A stretch of 64,000 bases of DNA from Tagaea sp. (GTDB taxonomy: Bacteria; Pseudomonadota; Alphaproteobacteria; CACIAM-22H2): the NCBI GenBank assembly GCA_965279525.1, contig CBDIIB010000003.1, positions 416,001 through 480,000 of the forward strand, written 5' to 3'. The stretch's first letter is position 1; each line of letters starts with the position of its first letter. Position numbers and translations under genes: made by a program. Shown here in pieces: positions 1 to 9,631 of the stretch. Under the pieces are notes generated by a model. It did no database searches. It had not been told where the DNA came from and was given only the letters and a program-made list of their open reading frames with translations.

Positions 1-240
1 CGCTTCTTTGCGCTCGGGCAGCGCGCGCGCGATCGCCGGATCGAGCATGGGAAAGTTCCGCCCTACGATGGCGTCGCTGGTCAATCCGATGAAATCTCGC
101 GCATAGCGTACCGGATCGATCGTCAGCCCGAGCTCGCGATGGATACGCGTCCAGGCTTCGTAGTGAACGGCCTCCGTGTCCGTCAGCGTTCCGTCGATAT
201 CGAAGAGCAGGGCACGCAGGCGAGAGACGGGTGGCGCCAT
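1..240 (-). CDS. HAD-family phosphatase (partial, runs off window start)
   Basis: Manual translation from ATG at 240: MAPPVSRLRALLFDIDGTLTDTEAVHYEAW, containing HAD motif I DxDGT; absent from ORF track because truncated. Confidence 0.85.
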   Translation of the reverse strand, partial: MAPPVSRLRALLFDIDGTLTDTEAVHYEAWTRIHRELGLTIDPVRYARDFIGLTSDAIVGRNFPMLDPAIARALPERKEA

Positions 241-243
241 ATT

Positions 244-260
244 ATGTAACTTTCCTACAT
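244..260. promoter_or_regulatory. Operator-like palindrome ATGTAAC-N5-TACAT (copy 1)
   Basis: ATGTAACTTTCCTACAT; same architecture repeated at 373-389; resembles RpiR/HexR-type TGTA-N7-TACA sites. Confidence 0.6.
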
Positions 261-372
261 TTCGTGTTGCCCACATTAATGCCAGAAAAACTGCTTGATT
301 CACCACTTATTACGAGTATATGACAGCTCAAGAATGAGATGCGGGGTCGATTTTTGATCGATCCCCGTCAAT

Positions 373-389
373 ATGTAACAAAAATACAT
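373..389. promoter_or_regulatory. Operator-like palindrome ATGTAAC-N5-TACAT (copy 2)
   Basis: ATGTAACAAAAATACAT immediately upstream of the GGGAGG RBS of the SBP gene. Confidence 0.6.
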
Positions 390-403
390 CCTCGGGAGGG
401 ACC

Positions 404-1429
404 ATGATCCGGAAATCATTCGCTGTAGCGGCCCTGGTGTTCGGCATTCCGCTGACGCCGGCACACGCCCAAGGCAGCCTCAACCTATCCTGCTCCGTGC
501 AGGTCGAGTGGTGCCAGGCCGTGGCCACGAACTTCCAGAAGGCGACCGGCATCAATGTCGCGATGACGCAGCGCGGCTCGGGCGAGGCGCTCGCCCAGCT
601 GCGCGCCGAGGCGCAGAACCCGCGCACTGACGTGTGGTTCGGCGGCACCGGCGACCCGCACCTGATTGCAGCCGAGGAAAACCTGACAGTCGACTACAAG
701 TCGGCCGCAAACGGCCAGCTCCAGGCTTGGGCGTTGCGCCAGTATGAAATTTCCAAAGGCCGCTCGATCGGCATCTATTCGGGCGCCATCGGCTTCGGGT
801 TCAATACCGAACTGCTTGCCAAGAAGGGCCTGCCGGCCCCGGCCAGTTGGGCCGACATCCTGAAGCCGGCCTACAAGGGCGAAATCCAGATCGCCAACCC
901 GAACTCGTCGGGCACGGCCTATGTCGTGATCGCCACACTCGTCCAGCTGATGGGCGAGCCCAAGGCATTCGAGTATCTCGCCGCCATGCACAAGAACGTC
1001 AATGCGTATGCGCGTTCGGGCACCGGTCCGATCAAGGCGGTGGCGCGCGGCGAGACGGCCGTGTCGCTGTCGTTCGTCCACGACGCGGTGACCGAGTCCA
1101 ATGCCGGGTTCCCGGTCGGCTGGGCCACGCCGAGCGAAGGCACGGGCTACGAGATCGGCTCGATGTCGATCGTGCGCGGGGCGCGCAACATCGCGCAGGC
1201 GCGCCGCTTCTACGACTGGGCGCTGACGCCGGAGGCCCAACGCTTGGGCTACGAAGCCGGTGGCCAGTTGCAGATGCCCTCGAACAAGGCAGCACCGCTA
1301 CCGCCAAAGGCACCGGACCTGTCGAAGTTGAAGCTCGTCGAGTACGATTTCGTCAAGTATGGCCAGGCCGCAGAACGCCGCCGCCTGCTGGCGAAGTGGG
1401 ACGCCGAGATCGGCTCGCTGCCGCGCTGA
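404..1429 (+). CDS. afuA: ABC substrate-binding protein, AfuA/FbpA family (probably sugar-phosphate binding)
   Basis: Signal peptide; DVWFGGTGDPH, NPNSSGT, FVHD and GTGYEIG motifs; RBS GGGAGG. Confidence 0.8.
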   Translation: MIRKSFAVAALVFGIPLTPAHAQGSLNLSCSVQVEWCQAVATNFQKATGINVAMTQRGSGEALAQLRAEAQNPRTDVWFGGTGDPHLIAAEENLTVDYKSAANGQLQAWALRQYEISKGRSIGIYSGAIGFGFNTELLAKKGLPAPASWADILKPAYKGEIQIANPNSSGTAYVVIATLVQLMGEPKAFEYLAAMHKNVNAYARSGTGPIKAVARGETAVSLSFVHDAVTESNAGFPVGWATPSEGTGYEIGSMSIVRGARNIAQARRFYDWALTPEAQRLGYEAGGQLQMPSNKAAPLPPKAPDLSKLKLVEYDFVKYGQAAERRRLLAKWDAEIGSLPR

Positions 1430-1463
1430 ACCACGCAACGGCGGCCGGGCCCGGAACGCATCG

Positions 1464-3674
1464 ATGAAGCGCCTCGACCCGGCCGTTGTCTGGTGGCTCC
1501 TCGCCACCGTTGGCTTCGCCATCCTGCCTTGGCACATGGCACAGGAGCCGCGGCCGATCGCTGGCTATTTCGCGGCCTTCGCAGCGGACGAGGATTCCGC
1601 CGCCGCGCTTGCACAGATGCTGGTCTTCGGGCGTTGGTGGTTCTGGCCAGTTGCTGCCTCACTCGTCCTTGCGTTACCCGCCTTCGTGCCTGATTTGCCG
1701 CGCCCACGGCGGGCGCGCTGGCTTTTGGCGGCAGGGCTCGCCGGGCTTGCGGCGGTGATCCTGCAAGGCTGGTTCGTTGGCGTGCGCGGCTGGAGCTACA
1801 ACTGGCTCGAGACCGCGTTCGGCGTGATCGATGGCCGGCAGTTCGGCATCGGTTGGGGCGGTTCCCTTGCCTTCTTCGCCTTCATGCTGATGGCGACGGA
1901 CGGGCTGGCATTGAAGGGTCGCTTCGGCGGCGACAGATTCGTATCGGCGAGCGTAGGCATCCTCGTCGCTTCGATCGCGATTTTTACCGTGTGGCCGGTG
2001 CTCACGCTGCTTGGCCAGATATTCACCGCACCTGCTGACCAGACGCTGCTTGCCGCGACTGCCGACCGGCTGTTCGCGCCGAAGATATGGAGTCTCGCCT
2101 GCGTCGTGTCGGGATCGAGCTGCGGCGTGGCGTGGAACACGATCGTGCTTGCACTTGCGACCGCGACCTGCGCCACGCTGCTCGGGCTCGCCTTCGCGCT
2201 GATCGCGACGCGCACCGGCTTCAAGCTGAAGCGCCCGTTGCGCCTGCTCACGGTGTTGCCGATCATCACGCCGCCCTTCGTCATCAGCCTCGGCCTGATC
2301 CTGATCTTCGGCCGCTCGGGCCTGGTCAACCAAGCGGCGAGTTCCTGGTTCGACGTCGAACTCGGCCGCTGGATCTATGGCTTCGACGGCGTGCTGCTCG
2401 CCCAGGTCTTCAGCTTCACGCCGACGGCCTTCCTCGTGCTGATCGGCGTGGTCGAGGGTATCTCGCCGACGATGGAGGAAGCCTCGCAGACACTGCGGGC
2501 CAGCCGCATGCGCTCGTTCCTGACCGTCACGCTGCCGCTGATGCGCCCCGGCCTCGCAAACGCCTTCCTCATCGTGTTCATCGAGAGCATTGCCGATTTC
2601 GGCAACCCCATCGTGCTCGGCGGCTCGTTCGGCGTGCTGTCGACCGAGATCTTCTTCGCCGTTGTCGGCGCGCAGGCCGATTTCGGCCGCTCGGCCACGC
2701 TTGCCTCGATCCTGCTTGTTTACGCGCTCGCAGCGTTCTTCCTGCAGCGGCGCGTCGTCGGACGAGGCTCCTACGTCTCGATGTCGGGCAAGGGGGATGC
2801 CGGCCTCGCGTCCCCGTTGCCCGTGCCGGTGGAGCGCGCTGCCTACGCGCTTGCCCTGCCGTGGGCGGCATTGACGGTCACGGTCTATGCATTGGCACTT
2901 GCCGGCGGCTTCGTCACGGTGTGGGGCCGCGACTGGACGCCGACGCTCTCGCATTTCAGCCGAGCTTTCGCGGTCGAGTTTGGCCCAGCCGGAATCATCT
3001 GGGCGGGCGGGGCGTGGAACTCGTTCTGGACGACGATCCAGCTCGCCAGCATCGCCGCCCCGCTGACGGCCGGTATCGGTCTGCTCGCGGCCTGGATTCT
3101 GGCGCGCCAGCGCTTCGCCGGGCGCGGCATGCTCGAATTCGCGCTGATGCTCAGTTTCTGCGTGCCGGGCACGGTAATCGGTGTTGCCTACGTCCTGACC
3201 TACAACATTCCGCCGGTCGAGATCACCGGCACGGCCGCGATCCTCGTGGCGTGTTTCGTGTTCCGCAACATGCCGGTCGGCGTTCGCTCGGGCCTCGCAG
3301 CGATTAGCCAACTCGACAAGAGCCTCGACGAGGCTTCGTCGACATTGCGCGCTTCGACCGCGCGCACGCTGCGCAAGGTGGTTTTGCCACTGCTCAAGCC
3401 CGCAATCGTCACGGCACTGATCTACAGCTTCGTTCGAGCGATGACGACCGTCAGCGCCGTCATCTTCCTCGTTTCGGCGCAGCACGAGATGGCAACCGTC
3501 TACATCATCAACCGCGTCATCAACGGCGATTACGGCATCGCGATCGCCTACGCGACTGTTCTGATCGTCCTGATGATGGTGGCGATCGGACTCATCCAGC
3601 TTCTGGTCGGCCGGCGGCGCATCGGCCGGCGCAGTTCCGATCCCATCCCGCACGCCGCCGGAGCGCAAGCATGA
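1464..3674 (+). CDS. afuB: ABC permease, fused double-domain AfuB/FbpB type
   Basis: Many TM segments; two EAA loops (MEEASQTL, LDEASSTL); ATG 1464 preferred to 1359. Confidence 0.85.
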   Translation: MKRLDPAVVWWLLATVGFAILPWHMAQEPRPIAGYFAAFAADEDSAAALAQMLVFGRWWFWPVAASLVLALPAFVPDLPRPRRARWLLAAGLAGLAAVILQGWFVGVRGWSYNWLETAFGVIDGRQFGIGWGGSLAFFAFMLMATDGLALKGRFGGDRFVSASVGILVASIAIFTVWPVLTLLGQIFTAPADQTLLAATADRLFAPKIWSLACVVSGSSCGVAWNTIVLALATATCATLLGLAFALIATRTGFKLKRPLRLLTVLPIITPPFVISLGLILIFGRSGLVNQAASSWFDVELGRWIYGFDGVLLAQVFSFTPTAFLVLIGVVEGISPTMEEASQTLRASRMRSFLTVTLPLMRPGLANAFLIVFIESIADFGNPIVLGGSFGVLSTEIFFAVVGAQADFGRSATLASILLVYALAAFFLQRRVVGRGSYVSMSGKGDAGLASPLPVPVERAAYALALPWAALTVTVYALALAGGFVTVWGRDWTPTLSHFSRAFAVEFGPAGIIWAGGAWNSFWTTIQLASIAAPLTAGIGLLAAWILARQRFAGRGMLEFALMLSFCVPGTVIGVAYVLTYNIPPVEITGTAAILVACFVFRNMPVGVRSGLAAISQLDKSLDEASSTLRASTARTLRKVVLPLLKPAIVTALIYSFVRAMTTVSAVIFLVSAQHEMATVYIINRVINGDYGIAIAYATVLIVLMMVAIGLIQLLVGRRRIGRRSSDPIPHAAGAQA

Positions 3675-4744
3675 CCGACAGCACCCGCAAGAACGCCGGC
3701 GTCCGGCTCGATGGAATCGTCAAGCGCTACGGCAGCGTCGTGGCCGTCAAGAAGCTGTCGCTGGACATTAAACCGGGCACGCTCGTCACGCTGCTCGGCC
3801 CATCAGGCTGTGGCAAGACAACATTGCTGCGCATGGTCGCGGGACTTGAAGTACCCAGCGAAGGCCGCATCGAAATCGGTGGAACGGACGTCACCCAGCT
3901 TTCGGCGCGCGAGCGCAACGTCTCGATGGTGTTCCAGTCCTACGCCTTGTTCCCGCATATGAACGTCACCGAGAATGTCGCGTACGGCCTCATCTCCAGC
4001 GGCATGAACAAGCCGGATGCAGCGAAGAAGGCCATGCGGGCACTCGAAACTGTCGGCCTCTCGGGGTATGGCGAGCGGCTGCCTTCCGAGATGTCGGGCG
4101 GCCAGCAGCAACGCGTTGCGGTGGCACGCGCACTGGTGCTGGAGCCTGACGTGCTGCTTTTTGACGAACCACTATCGAATCTTGACGCACGGCTGCGCCG
4201 CTCGATGCGCGAAGAGATCCGTGCCCTGCAGCAGGCGCTGGGGCTTACGGCCGTTTACGTCACGCACGACCAGAGCGAGGCGCTGGCGGTTTCCGATACG
4301 ATCGTCGTGATGCGTGCGGCCGAGATCGCGCAAGCCGGGACTCCTGCCGAACTCTATGACGCGCCCCGCGACGTGTTTGTCGCGACGTTCATGGGCGAGG
4401 CGAACCATGTGCGCGGGCGCCTCGACGCCAAGAACGGCGCCGTCGGCCGCGTGGCGCTCGACCGCGCTTTCGTGGATCTGCCACACCGCGAACTGCCGCT
4501 CGGCCCGATCGACCTGGTCATCCGCCCAGAGGCGATAAGTCTGGCGGCACCCGATGCAGCCGGCGACGCGCTGGAAGGCCGTGTGGCGCGCGCGACCTTC
4601 ATGGGCTCGCATGTCGAGTATCATGTTGATACCGCACTCGGCGACCTGTTCGCCGTGGTCCCACGCGCCGCAACCTTCCGGCCGGTCGGGTCATCTGTGC
4701 GTGTGCTGCTCGATCCGAAAGGCGCGATTCTCGTTCGTCCGTAG
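3671..4744 (+). CDS. afuC: ABC ATP-binding protein AfuC/FbpC type
   Basis: Walker [17 protein letters not shown] signature, LLFDEP, TOBE-like C-terminus; ATGA overlap with the permease. Confidence 0.9.
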   Translation: MTDSTRKNAGVRLDGIVKRYGSVVAVKKLSLDIKPGTLVTLLGPSGCGKTTLLRMVAGLEVPSEGRIEIGGTDVTQLSARERNVSMVFQSYALFPHMNVTENVAYGLISSGMNKPDAAKKAMRALETVGLSGYGERLPSEMSGGQQQRVAVARALVLEPDVLLFDEPLSNLDARLRRSMREEIRALQQALGLTAVYVTHDQSEALAVSDTIVVMRAAEIAQAGTPAELYDAPRDVFVATFMGEANHVRGRLDAKNGAVGRVALDRAFVDLPHRELPLGPIDLVIRPEAISLAAPDAAGDALEGRVARATFMGSHVEYHVDTALGDLFAVVPRAATFRPVGSSVRVLLDPKGAILVRP

Positions 4745-4794
4745 TTGTCGCCTTTCCATAACGGGCGACAGGAGCGAGGATCCACAGTCGGTGC

Positions 4795-5492
4795 CCCGGC
4801 AGACGCGCAAGAAGTACTCGTCGGAAGGGAAGATCCGGATCGTGATCTCGGGGCTCCGCGGCGAGCACTCGATCGCCGAGCTGTGCCGGCGGGAGGGGAT
4901 CGCGGAGAGCCTGTATTACGTGTGGTCCAAGGAGTTCATGTCGACCGGCAAGAAGCGGCTGGCCGGCCACACCGAGCGCCAGGCGTCGTCGGGCGACGGC
5001 TGCGTGTGTTGACGTTGTTCGATATCTACGCCCGGGAATCCCTGGCCATCGAGGTCGACAAGGGCCTCACTGGCGAGGAGTCGCCGATATCCTTCGGCGT
5101 GTCGTTACCCGAAGGGGCGCACCCGCGCGTATTCGTCTCGATAACAATCCCGAGTTCGTCTCGACCGCACTCGATCGATGGGCCTACGAGAACGGCGTCA
5201 CGCTGGACTTCAGCCGGCCCGGCAAGCCGATCGACAACACTTATGTCGAATCATTCAATGGCAGGCTGCGCGAAGAATGTCTGAATGTGCATTGGTTCTT
5301 GTCTCTGGACGACGCCCGGAACAAGATCGAGGCGTGGCGGCGGTTCTACTACGAGAGCCGTCCTCACACGGTCCTTGGCAGCAAAACGCCGAACGAGTTC
5401 GCCTTGTCCGCCGGGCTTCGGCCCGCGTCATGAGGTGAAGAAAAGGGCTCGAAGCTCACTCCCGAGCTGGTTGGGAAACCGGGGCACAGTCA
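4795..5492 (+). mobile_element. Degenerate IS3-family remnant (orfA fragment fused to orfB C-terminal fragment, right end retained)
   Basis: RKKYSSEGKIRIVISGLRGEHSIAELCRREGI (orfA HTH), then GRRLRVLTLFDIYARESLAIEVD..., a frameshift near 5079, and RLDNNPEF...FSRPGKPIDNTYVESFNGRLREECLN to TGA 5433; terminus ...GGGGCACAGTCA at 5492 fits an IS3 -CA end. Confidence 0.85.
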
Positions 5493-5665
5493 ACTTTTTT
5501 CCAGGTAGACTGTTCCGGAGTAGTTGGAAAAGTGGGACACTCTTGGGCGAGAAGTAGTGGAAAATCATGGTTTGCAAAAATGTCCCACCTCAACATAAGG
5601 CTATGTTTCATTTAACTTTTCGTGCTCCGACCCTGGGCACCACTTCTTCTTTCCCGACATAGGCC

Positions 5666-7534
5666 ATGGTGGTCACGCTCGAAGCGGCACTCGAACACCA
5701 TCGGGCGGGCCGGCTTGCAGAGGCCGACGCGATCTATCGCGCATTGCTTGCGCGCAATCCCAGGAACGTCGACGCGGTCAACCTGTCGGGGCAGGTGGCG
5801 CTTTCGACCGGGCGATTTGCCGAAGCGCTGGCCGCGTTCGTGCGGGCACGCAATCTTCAGCCGGCCTTCGCCGACGCCCACCACAACGAGGGCAACGCGC
5901 TGCGCGCACTCGGCCGCACGAGCGACGCGCTGGCCGCATTCGGCCGCGCGCTCAAGCTTGCACCCGACAATCCACTCTTCGTGTGCAATCGCGGCCTTGC
6001 CGAACTCGATGCCGGAGACGCTGCCAAGGCGGTCGCCAGCCTCGAACGCGCCGCGTCGCTCGCGCCCGACATCGCGCTGATCCGCCACAATCTGGCTGTC
6101 GCCTACAAGTCGGCAAACCGCCCGATGGCAGCACTTGCCGCCTTCGAATCGGCCGGTTCGATCGGCGATGCCGCTGCCGTGCGGCAGGACCTGTTCGATC
6201 ACGAAGGTGCACGTGCCCAGTACGCGCGCGCCATGGTGGCGTTTCCGGACCGACCGGACATCGAGAGCAACAGGCTGTTCGCGGCAAACTACGATCCGGC
6301 CATCGGGGCGGATGCGCTCAAGTCACTCTATGCCGGATGGGGTGCGGCTCGCCGGTTTCCCGCAGTCCCGCATCCGAACCTGCGTGACCCGGACCGTCGG
6401 ATCCGGATCGGGTTCGTATCGCCCGATTTCCGCGCCCACTCGGTCCAGCCTTTCCTGTGGCCACTGTTATCGAATTTCCCGCGCGAGGATGTGGAACTCT
6501 TCGGCTATTCCGCCATGCGGGGGGAGGGTGACGCCTGGACCGGACGATATCGCCAGGCGTTCGACGTGTGGCGCGTCGTCGGCACGCTCGACGACGAGGC
6601 ACTCGCGGCCGAAATCCGCAAGGACGGCATCGACGTGCTGGTCGATCTGGCCGGCCACACGGTCGGCAACCGCCTTGGCGCCTTCGCCCGCAAGCCCGCA
6701 CCGGTGCAAGCGACGTGGCTCGGATATGGCGGCACGACGGGGCTTGCCGCGATCGACTGGTACGTCGGAGACCACCGGCTGGTGCCGCCCGGCGGCGAAG
6801 CGGCGTTCGTCGAGCGTGTCTGGCGTCTGCCGAAGACCGCCTTTGTCTACGGCGCCTCCGAGGAGATGCCCTTGTCGGGCAGCACCCCGGCGCGTGCGGC
6901 CGGCTATCCGACGTTCGGATGCTTCAGCCGCGCCGTCCGCCTCAATGCGGATACGTTCCGCGTCTGGGGGCGGATCCTGTCGCGACTGCCGCGCGCGCGT
7001 CTCCTGCTCAACGCGTCGGTCTTCAACGAGCGCGAGACACAGGCGCTGTTCGCGCGGAAATTCGCCGAGTTTGGCGGCGACGCGGGCCGGCTCGAACTGG
7101 TCTTCACATCGCCGCAGTCCGCCACGTGGGCCGCCTATGGGCGGATCGACGTGGCACTCGATCCGTTTCCGCACAATGCCGGCGCGACGACATTCGAAGC
7201 CTTGTGGATGGGCGTGCCGGTGGTTTCCAAGCGCGACCGCGTCCCGCTGGGGCGCTTCGGCGATTCGATCCTGGGTGCCTGCGGCATGCCCGATTGGGTT
7301 GTCGACAGCGAGGACGAATATGTGGCCCGCGCGGTCGCCGCCGTTGCGGATATCGATGCGCTTTCGGAACTTCACGACAACCTGCGCACGCGCATGCGCG
7401 CATCACCTTTGTGCGACGGTACGGCGTTCGCACGCGATTTTGCGGCTGCCATACGCGGGATGTGGCACGACTACTGTATGAAGTCTGACGGGTTTTCACG
7501 CGACGAGAAGGTGCCAGATATCGATAAAGTCTAG
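5666..7534 (+). CDS. TPR-containing SPINDLY/O-GlcNAc transferase family (GT41) protein
   Basis: N-terminal TPRs; RIGFVSPDFRAHSV, IDVLVDLAGHT, KPAPVQATWLGY, DVALDPFPHNAGATTFEALWMGVPVV. Confidence 0.9.
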   Translation: MVVTLEAALEHHRAGRLAEADAIYRALLARNPRNVDAVNLSGQVALSTGRFAEALAAFVRARNLQPAFADAHHNEGNALRALGRTSDALAAFGRALKLAPDNPLFVCNRGLAELDAGDAAKAVASLERAASLAPDIALIRHNLAVAYKSANRPMAALAAFESAGSIGDAAAVRQDLFDHEGARAQYARAMVAFPDRPDIESNRLFAANYDPAIGADALKSLYAGWGAARRFPAVPHPNLRDPDRRIRIGFVSPDFRAHSVQPFLWPLLSNFPREDVELFGYSAMRGEGDAWTGRYRQAFDVWRVVGTLDDEALAAEIRKDGIDVLVDLAGHTVGNRLGAFARKPAPVQATWLGYGGTTGLAAIDWYVGDHRLVPPGGEAAFVERVWRLPKTAFVYGASEEMPLSGSTPARAAGYPTFGCFSRAVRLNADTFRVWGRILSRLPRARLLLNASVFNERETQALFARKFAEFGGDAGRLELVFTSPQSATWAAYGRIDVALDPFPHNAGATTFEALWMGVPVVSKRDRVPLGRFGDSILGACGMPDWVVDSEDEYVARAVAAVADIDALSELHDNLRTRMRASPLCDGTAFARDFAAAIRGMWHDYCMKSDGFSRDEKVPDIDKV

Positions 7535-7739
7535 TTTTCAGTTCCTAGCTGATTGAAAAGTAAGATTGAATTTTGACTTTAGCAGTCGGGGTGATTCTCG
7601 GCCCCACTTCAGCGCGGAAGCTTTGTAGTCGGACACATTAGTTTGTTGCCGCCCGATATAAGCTGTTGTCTTGTCGGGCGCTAAAAATTATATTGTTTAC
7701 AATCTCAGATAAATCTTCCGGCGCATCGCGAGTGTTGGC

Positions 7740-8225
7740 ATGACGGATATCCGCAGTTCGATTACCGATCTTCTGGGGCAGGTGGAACGCCTGCTTCATA
7801 ACCTGGCCTTCGCAAAGGGGCTCAACCCGGCGCAATGGAGCGCGCTGCGCTATCTGTCGGCGGCCGCCGCGGACGCGCGGACGGTAACGGCTTTCGCGCG
7901 CCATCACCGCACGACCAAACCGGCCGCCTCCAAGACGATCGACGCGCTGGTGCGCAAGGCGCTGGTGCGAAAGATGTCGATCCCCGGCGACAGGCGCGCG
8001 CAGCGACTCGATCTCACGGGCAAGGCACTTCGCCGATTGGGCCAGGACCCGCGGAACCTGTTGCGCAGCGCCGTCGGCGCGCTCAACCGATCGGATATGC
8101 TTTCCCTGTCCAGATCACTCGAATCGATCACGGCCGGGATCGGCGTCCATGTCGGCGGAGCCGGGAACGGCACGCCCGCCCGCAAATCTTCCGTTCGGGG
8201 CCGCCGGACAAACGGAAAAGCCTAG
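7740..8225 (+). CDS. MarR-family transcriptional regulator
   Basis: GLNPAQWSALRYL, wHTH, DRRAQRLDLT wing motif; upstream palindrome ATTGTTTACAAT at 7692-7703. Confidence 0.85.
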   Translation: MTDIRSSITDLLGQVERLLHNLAFAKGLNPAQWSALRYLSAAAADARTVTAFARHHRTTKPAASKTIDALVRKALVRKMSIPGDRRAQRLDLTGKALRRLGQDPRNLLRSAVGALNRSDMLSLSRSLESITAGIGVHVGGAGNGTPARKSSVRGRRTNGKA

Positions 8226-8371
8226 ATCGGCGGGGCGGTTGCCCTCCCTACCGACCTGTTCCAAAGCGACTTTTCGGGCCCGGCCTCGAAAACTTTCTGG
8301 TATATTGATTCCCGCCTGACCGGAGGCGCCATCCCGCGCCGACGCGCCGGCTGTCCTTTGGAACGGACCCC

Positions 8372-9394
8372 ATGCGTGTACGCGACGATTACCGGACCCT
8401 GACCGGTCAGGACAAGGCCTCGATCCTGCTGCTGTCGCTGGGCGAGGAAGTCGCGACCAAGCTCTTCGCGCTGATGAGCGACGACGAGATCAAGGAAATT
8501 TCGCAGTCGATGGCCGGCCTCGGCACGGTCAACTCGTCGATCATCGAGCGCCTGATCGTCGAATTCGCCGACCAGATCGCCGCCACCGGCTCGCTCGTCG
8601 GCTCGTTCGATTCGACCGAACGCCTGCTCGGCAAGGTCCTCGACAAGAACCGCGTCGCCGGCATCATGGACGACATCCGCGGCCCGGCCGGCCGTACGAT
8701 GTGGGACAAGTTGGGCAACGTCAACGAGGCGGTGCTCGCCAACTACCTCAAGAACGAATATCCGCAGACCGTCGCCGTCGTGCTCGCGAAGATCCGGTCG
8801 GACCATGCCGCGCGCGTGCTGGGCACGCTGCCGGAAGCCTTCGCGATGGAAGTCGTCATGCGCATGCTGCGCATGGAGACGGTGCAGAAGGAGGTCCTCG
8901 ACGATCTCGAGCGCGTGCTGCGCAACGAGTTCATGTCGAACCTCGCCAAGACCAGCCGCAAGGACACGCACGAGCTGATGGCGGAGATATTCAACTCTCT
9001 GGATCGACAAACCGAAGCGCGCTTCACGACCGCACTCGAAGAGCGCAACCGCGACAGTGCCGAGAAGATCAAGGCGCTGATGTTCAAGTTCGAGGATCTC
9101 GGCCGCCTCGACCCCGGCGGCGTGCAGACGCTGTTGCGCGCGGTCGACAAGGGCAAGCTCGCCATCGCGATGAAGGGGGCGAACGAACAGGTGCGCGACC
9201 TGTTCTTCTCCAACATGTCCGAACGCGCCGGCAAGATGCTGAAGGAAGAAATCGAAGCGCTGGGCCCGGTGCGCGGCAAGGACGTGGCCGAAGCGCAGAC
9301 GGCGATGGTCAACGTCGCCAAGGAGCTGGCGGCCAAGGACGAGATCGTGCTGTCGAAGGGTGGGGCCGGCGGCGAGGACGACCTGATTTACTGA
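8372..9394 (+). CDS. fliG: Flagellar motor switch protein FliG
   Basis: [22 protein letters not shown] (EHPQ motif), MFKFEDL (MFxF), [15 protein letters not shown] torque helix. Confidence 0.95.
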   Translation: MRVRDDYRTLTGQDKASILLLSLGEEVATKLFALMSDDEIKEISQSMAGLGTVNSSIIERLIVEFADQIAATGSLVGSFDSTERLLGKVLDKNRVAGIMDDIRGPAGRTMWDKLGNVNEAVLANYLKNEYPQTVAVVLAKIRSDHAARVLGTLPEAFAMEVVMRMLRMETVQKEVLDDLERVLRNEFMSNLAKTSRKDTHELMAEIFNSLDRQTEARFTTALEERNRDSAEKIKALMFKFEDLGRLDPGGVQTLLRAVDKGKLAIAMKGANEQVRDLFFSNMSERAGKMLKEEIEALGPVRGKDVAEAQTAMVNVAKELAAKDEIVLSKGGAGGEDDLIY

Positions 9395-9440
9395 CGCCGG
9401 GGCCGCCTCAATAGGTTACGACAGGTTACGGTAACGTATT

Positions 9441-9453
9441 TAAGCCGTTGATT
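9441..9453 (-). promoter_or_regulatory. IHF consensus site
   Basis: Reverse strand AATCAACGGCTTA matches WATCAA-N4-TTR exactly. Confidence 0.45.
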
Positions 9454-9500
9454 TCGAAGACTTGTAACGTCGCTCGTGCTTTTTGCGCGGTTTGTATTCG

Positions 9501-9549
9501 CCGGTTCGTGGCGGGACTTCAGCGCACTGAAATCCGCGACCACGGCCGG
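9501..9549. other. Long imperfect hairpin
   Basis: CCGGTTCGTGGCGGGACTTCAG-CGCA-CTGAAATCCGCGACCACGGCCGG pairs along most of its length. Confidence 0.5.
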
Positions 9550-9618
9550 ACTCCACTTACGTCTTCACTTGTCAAACAGCGCACGGCGCCAGCGAGCGAC
9601 CGATGCTGTGACTATAAG

Positions 9619-9631
9619 CTGTATCAGGATT
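9619..9631 (+). repeat. 13-bp inverted repeat, left copy CTGTATCAGGATT
   Basis: Exact reverse complement at 11215-11227. Confidence 0.75.

Noticed and set aside
225-252. dif-like XerD arm TTATGTAACTT
   Set aside because: No XerC arm at the right spacing; it abuts the HAD start codon and is explained by the repeated operator motif
1674-3668. Long antisense or alternative-frame ORFs (also 20396-22099, 39636-41354, 46393-48318, 60739-62400)
   Set aside because: Shadow ORFs of well-supported genes in high-GC DNA; Arg/Ala-rich with no motifs
9461-9549. Integron attC site
   Set aside because: No matching RYYYAAC/GTTRRRY ends around the hairpin and no integrase
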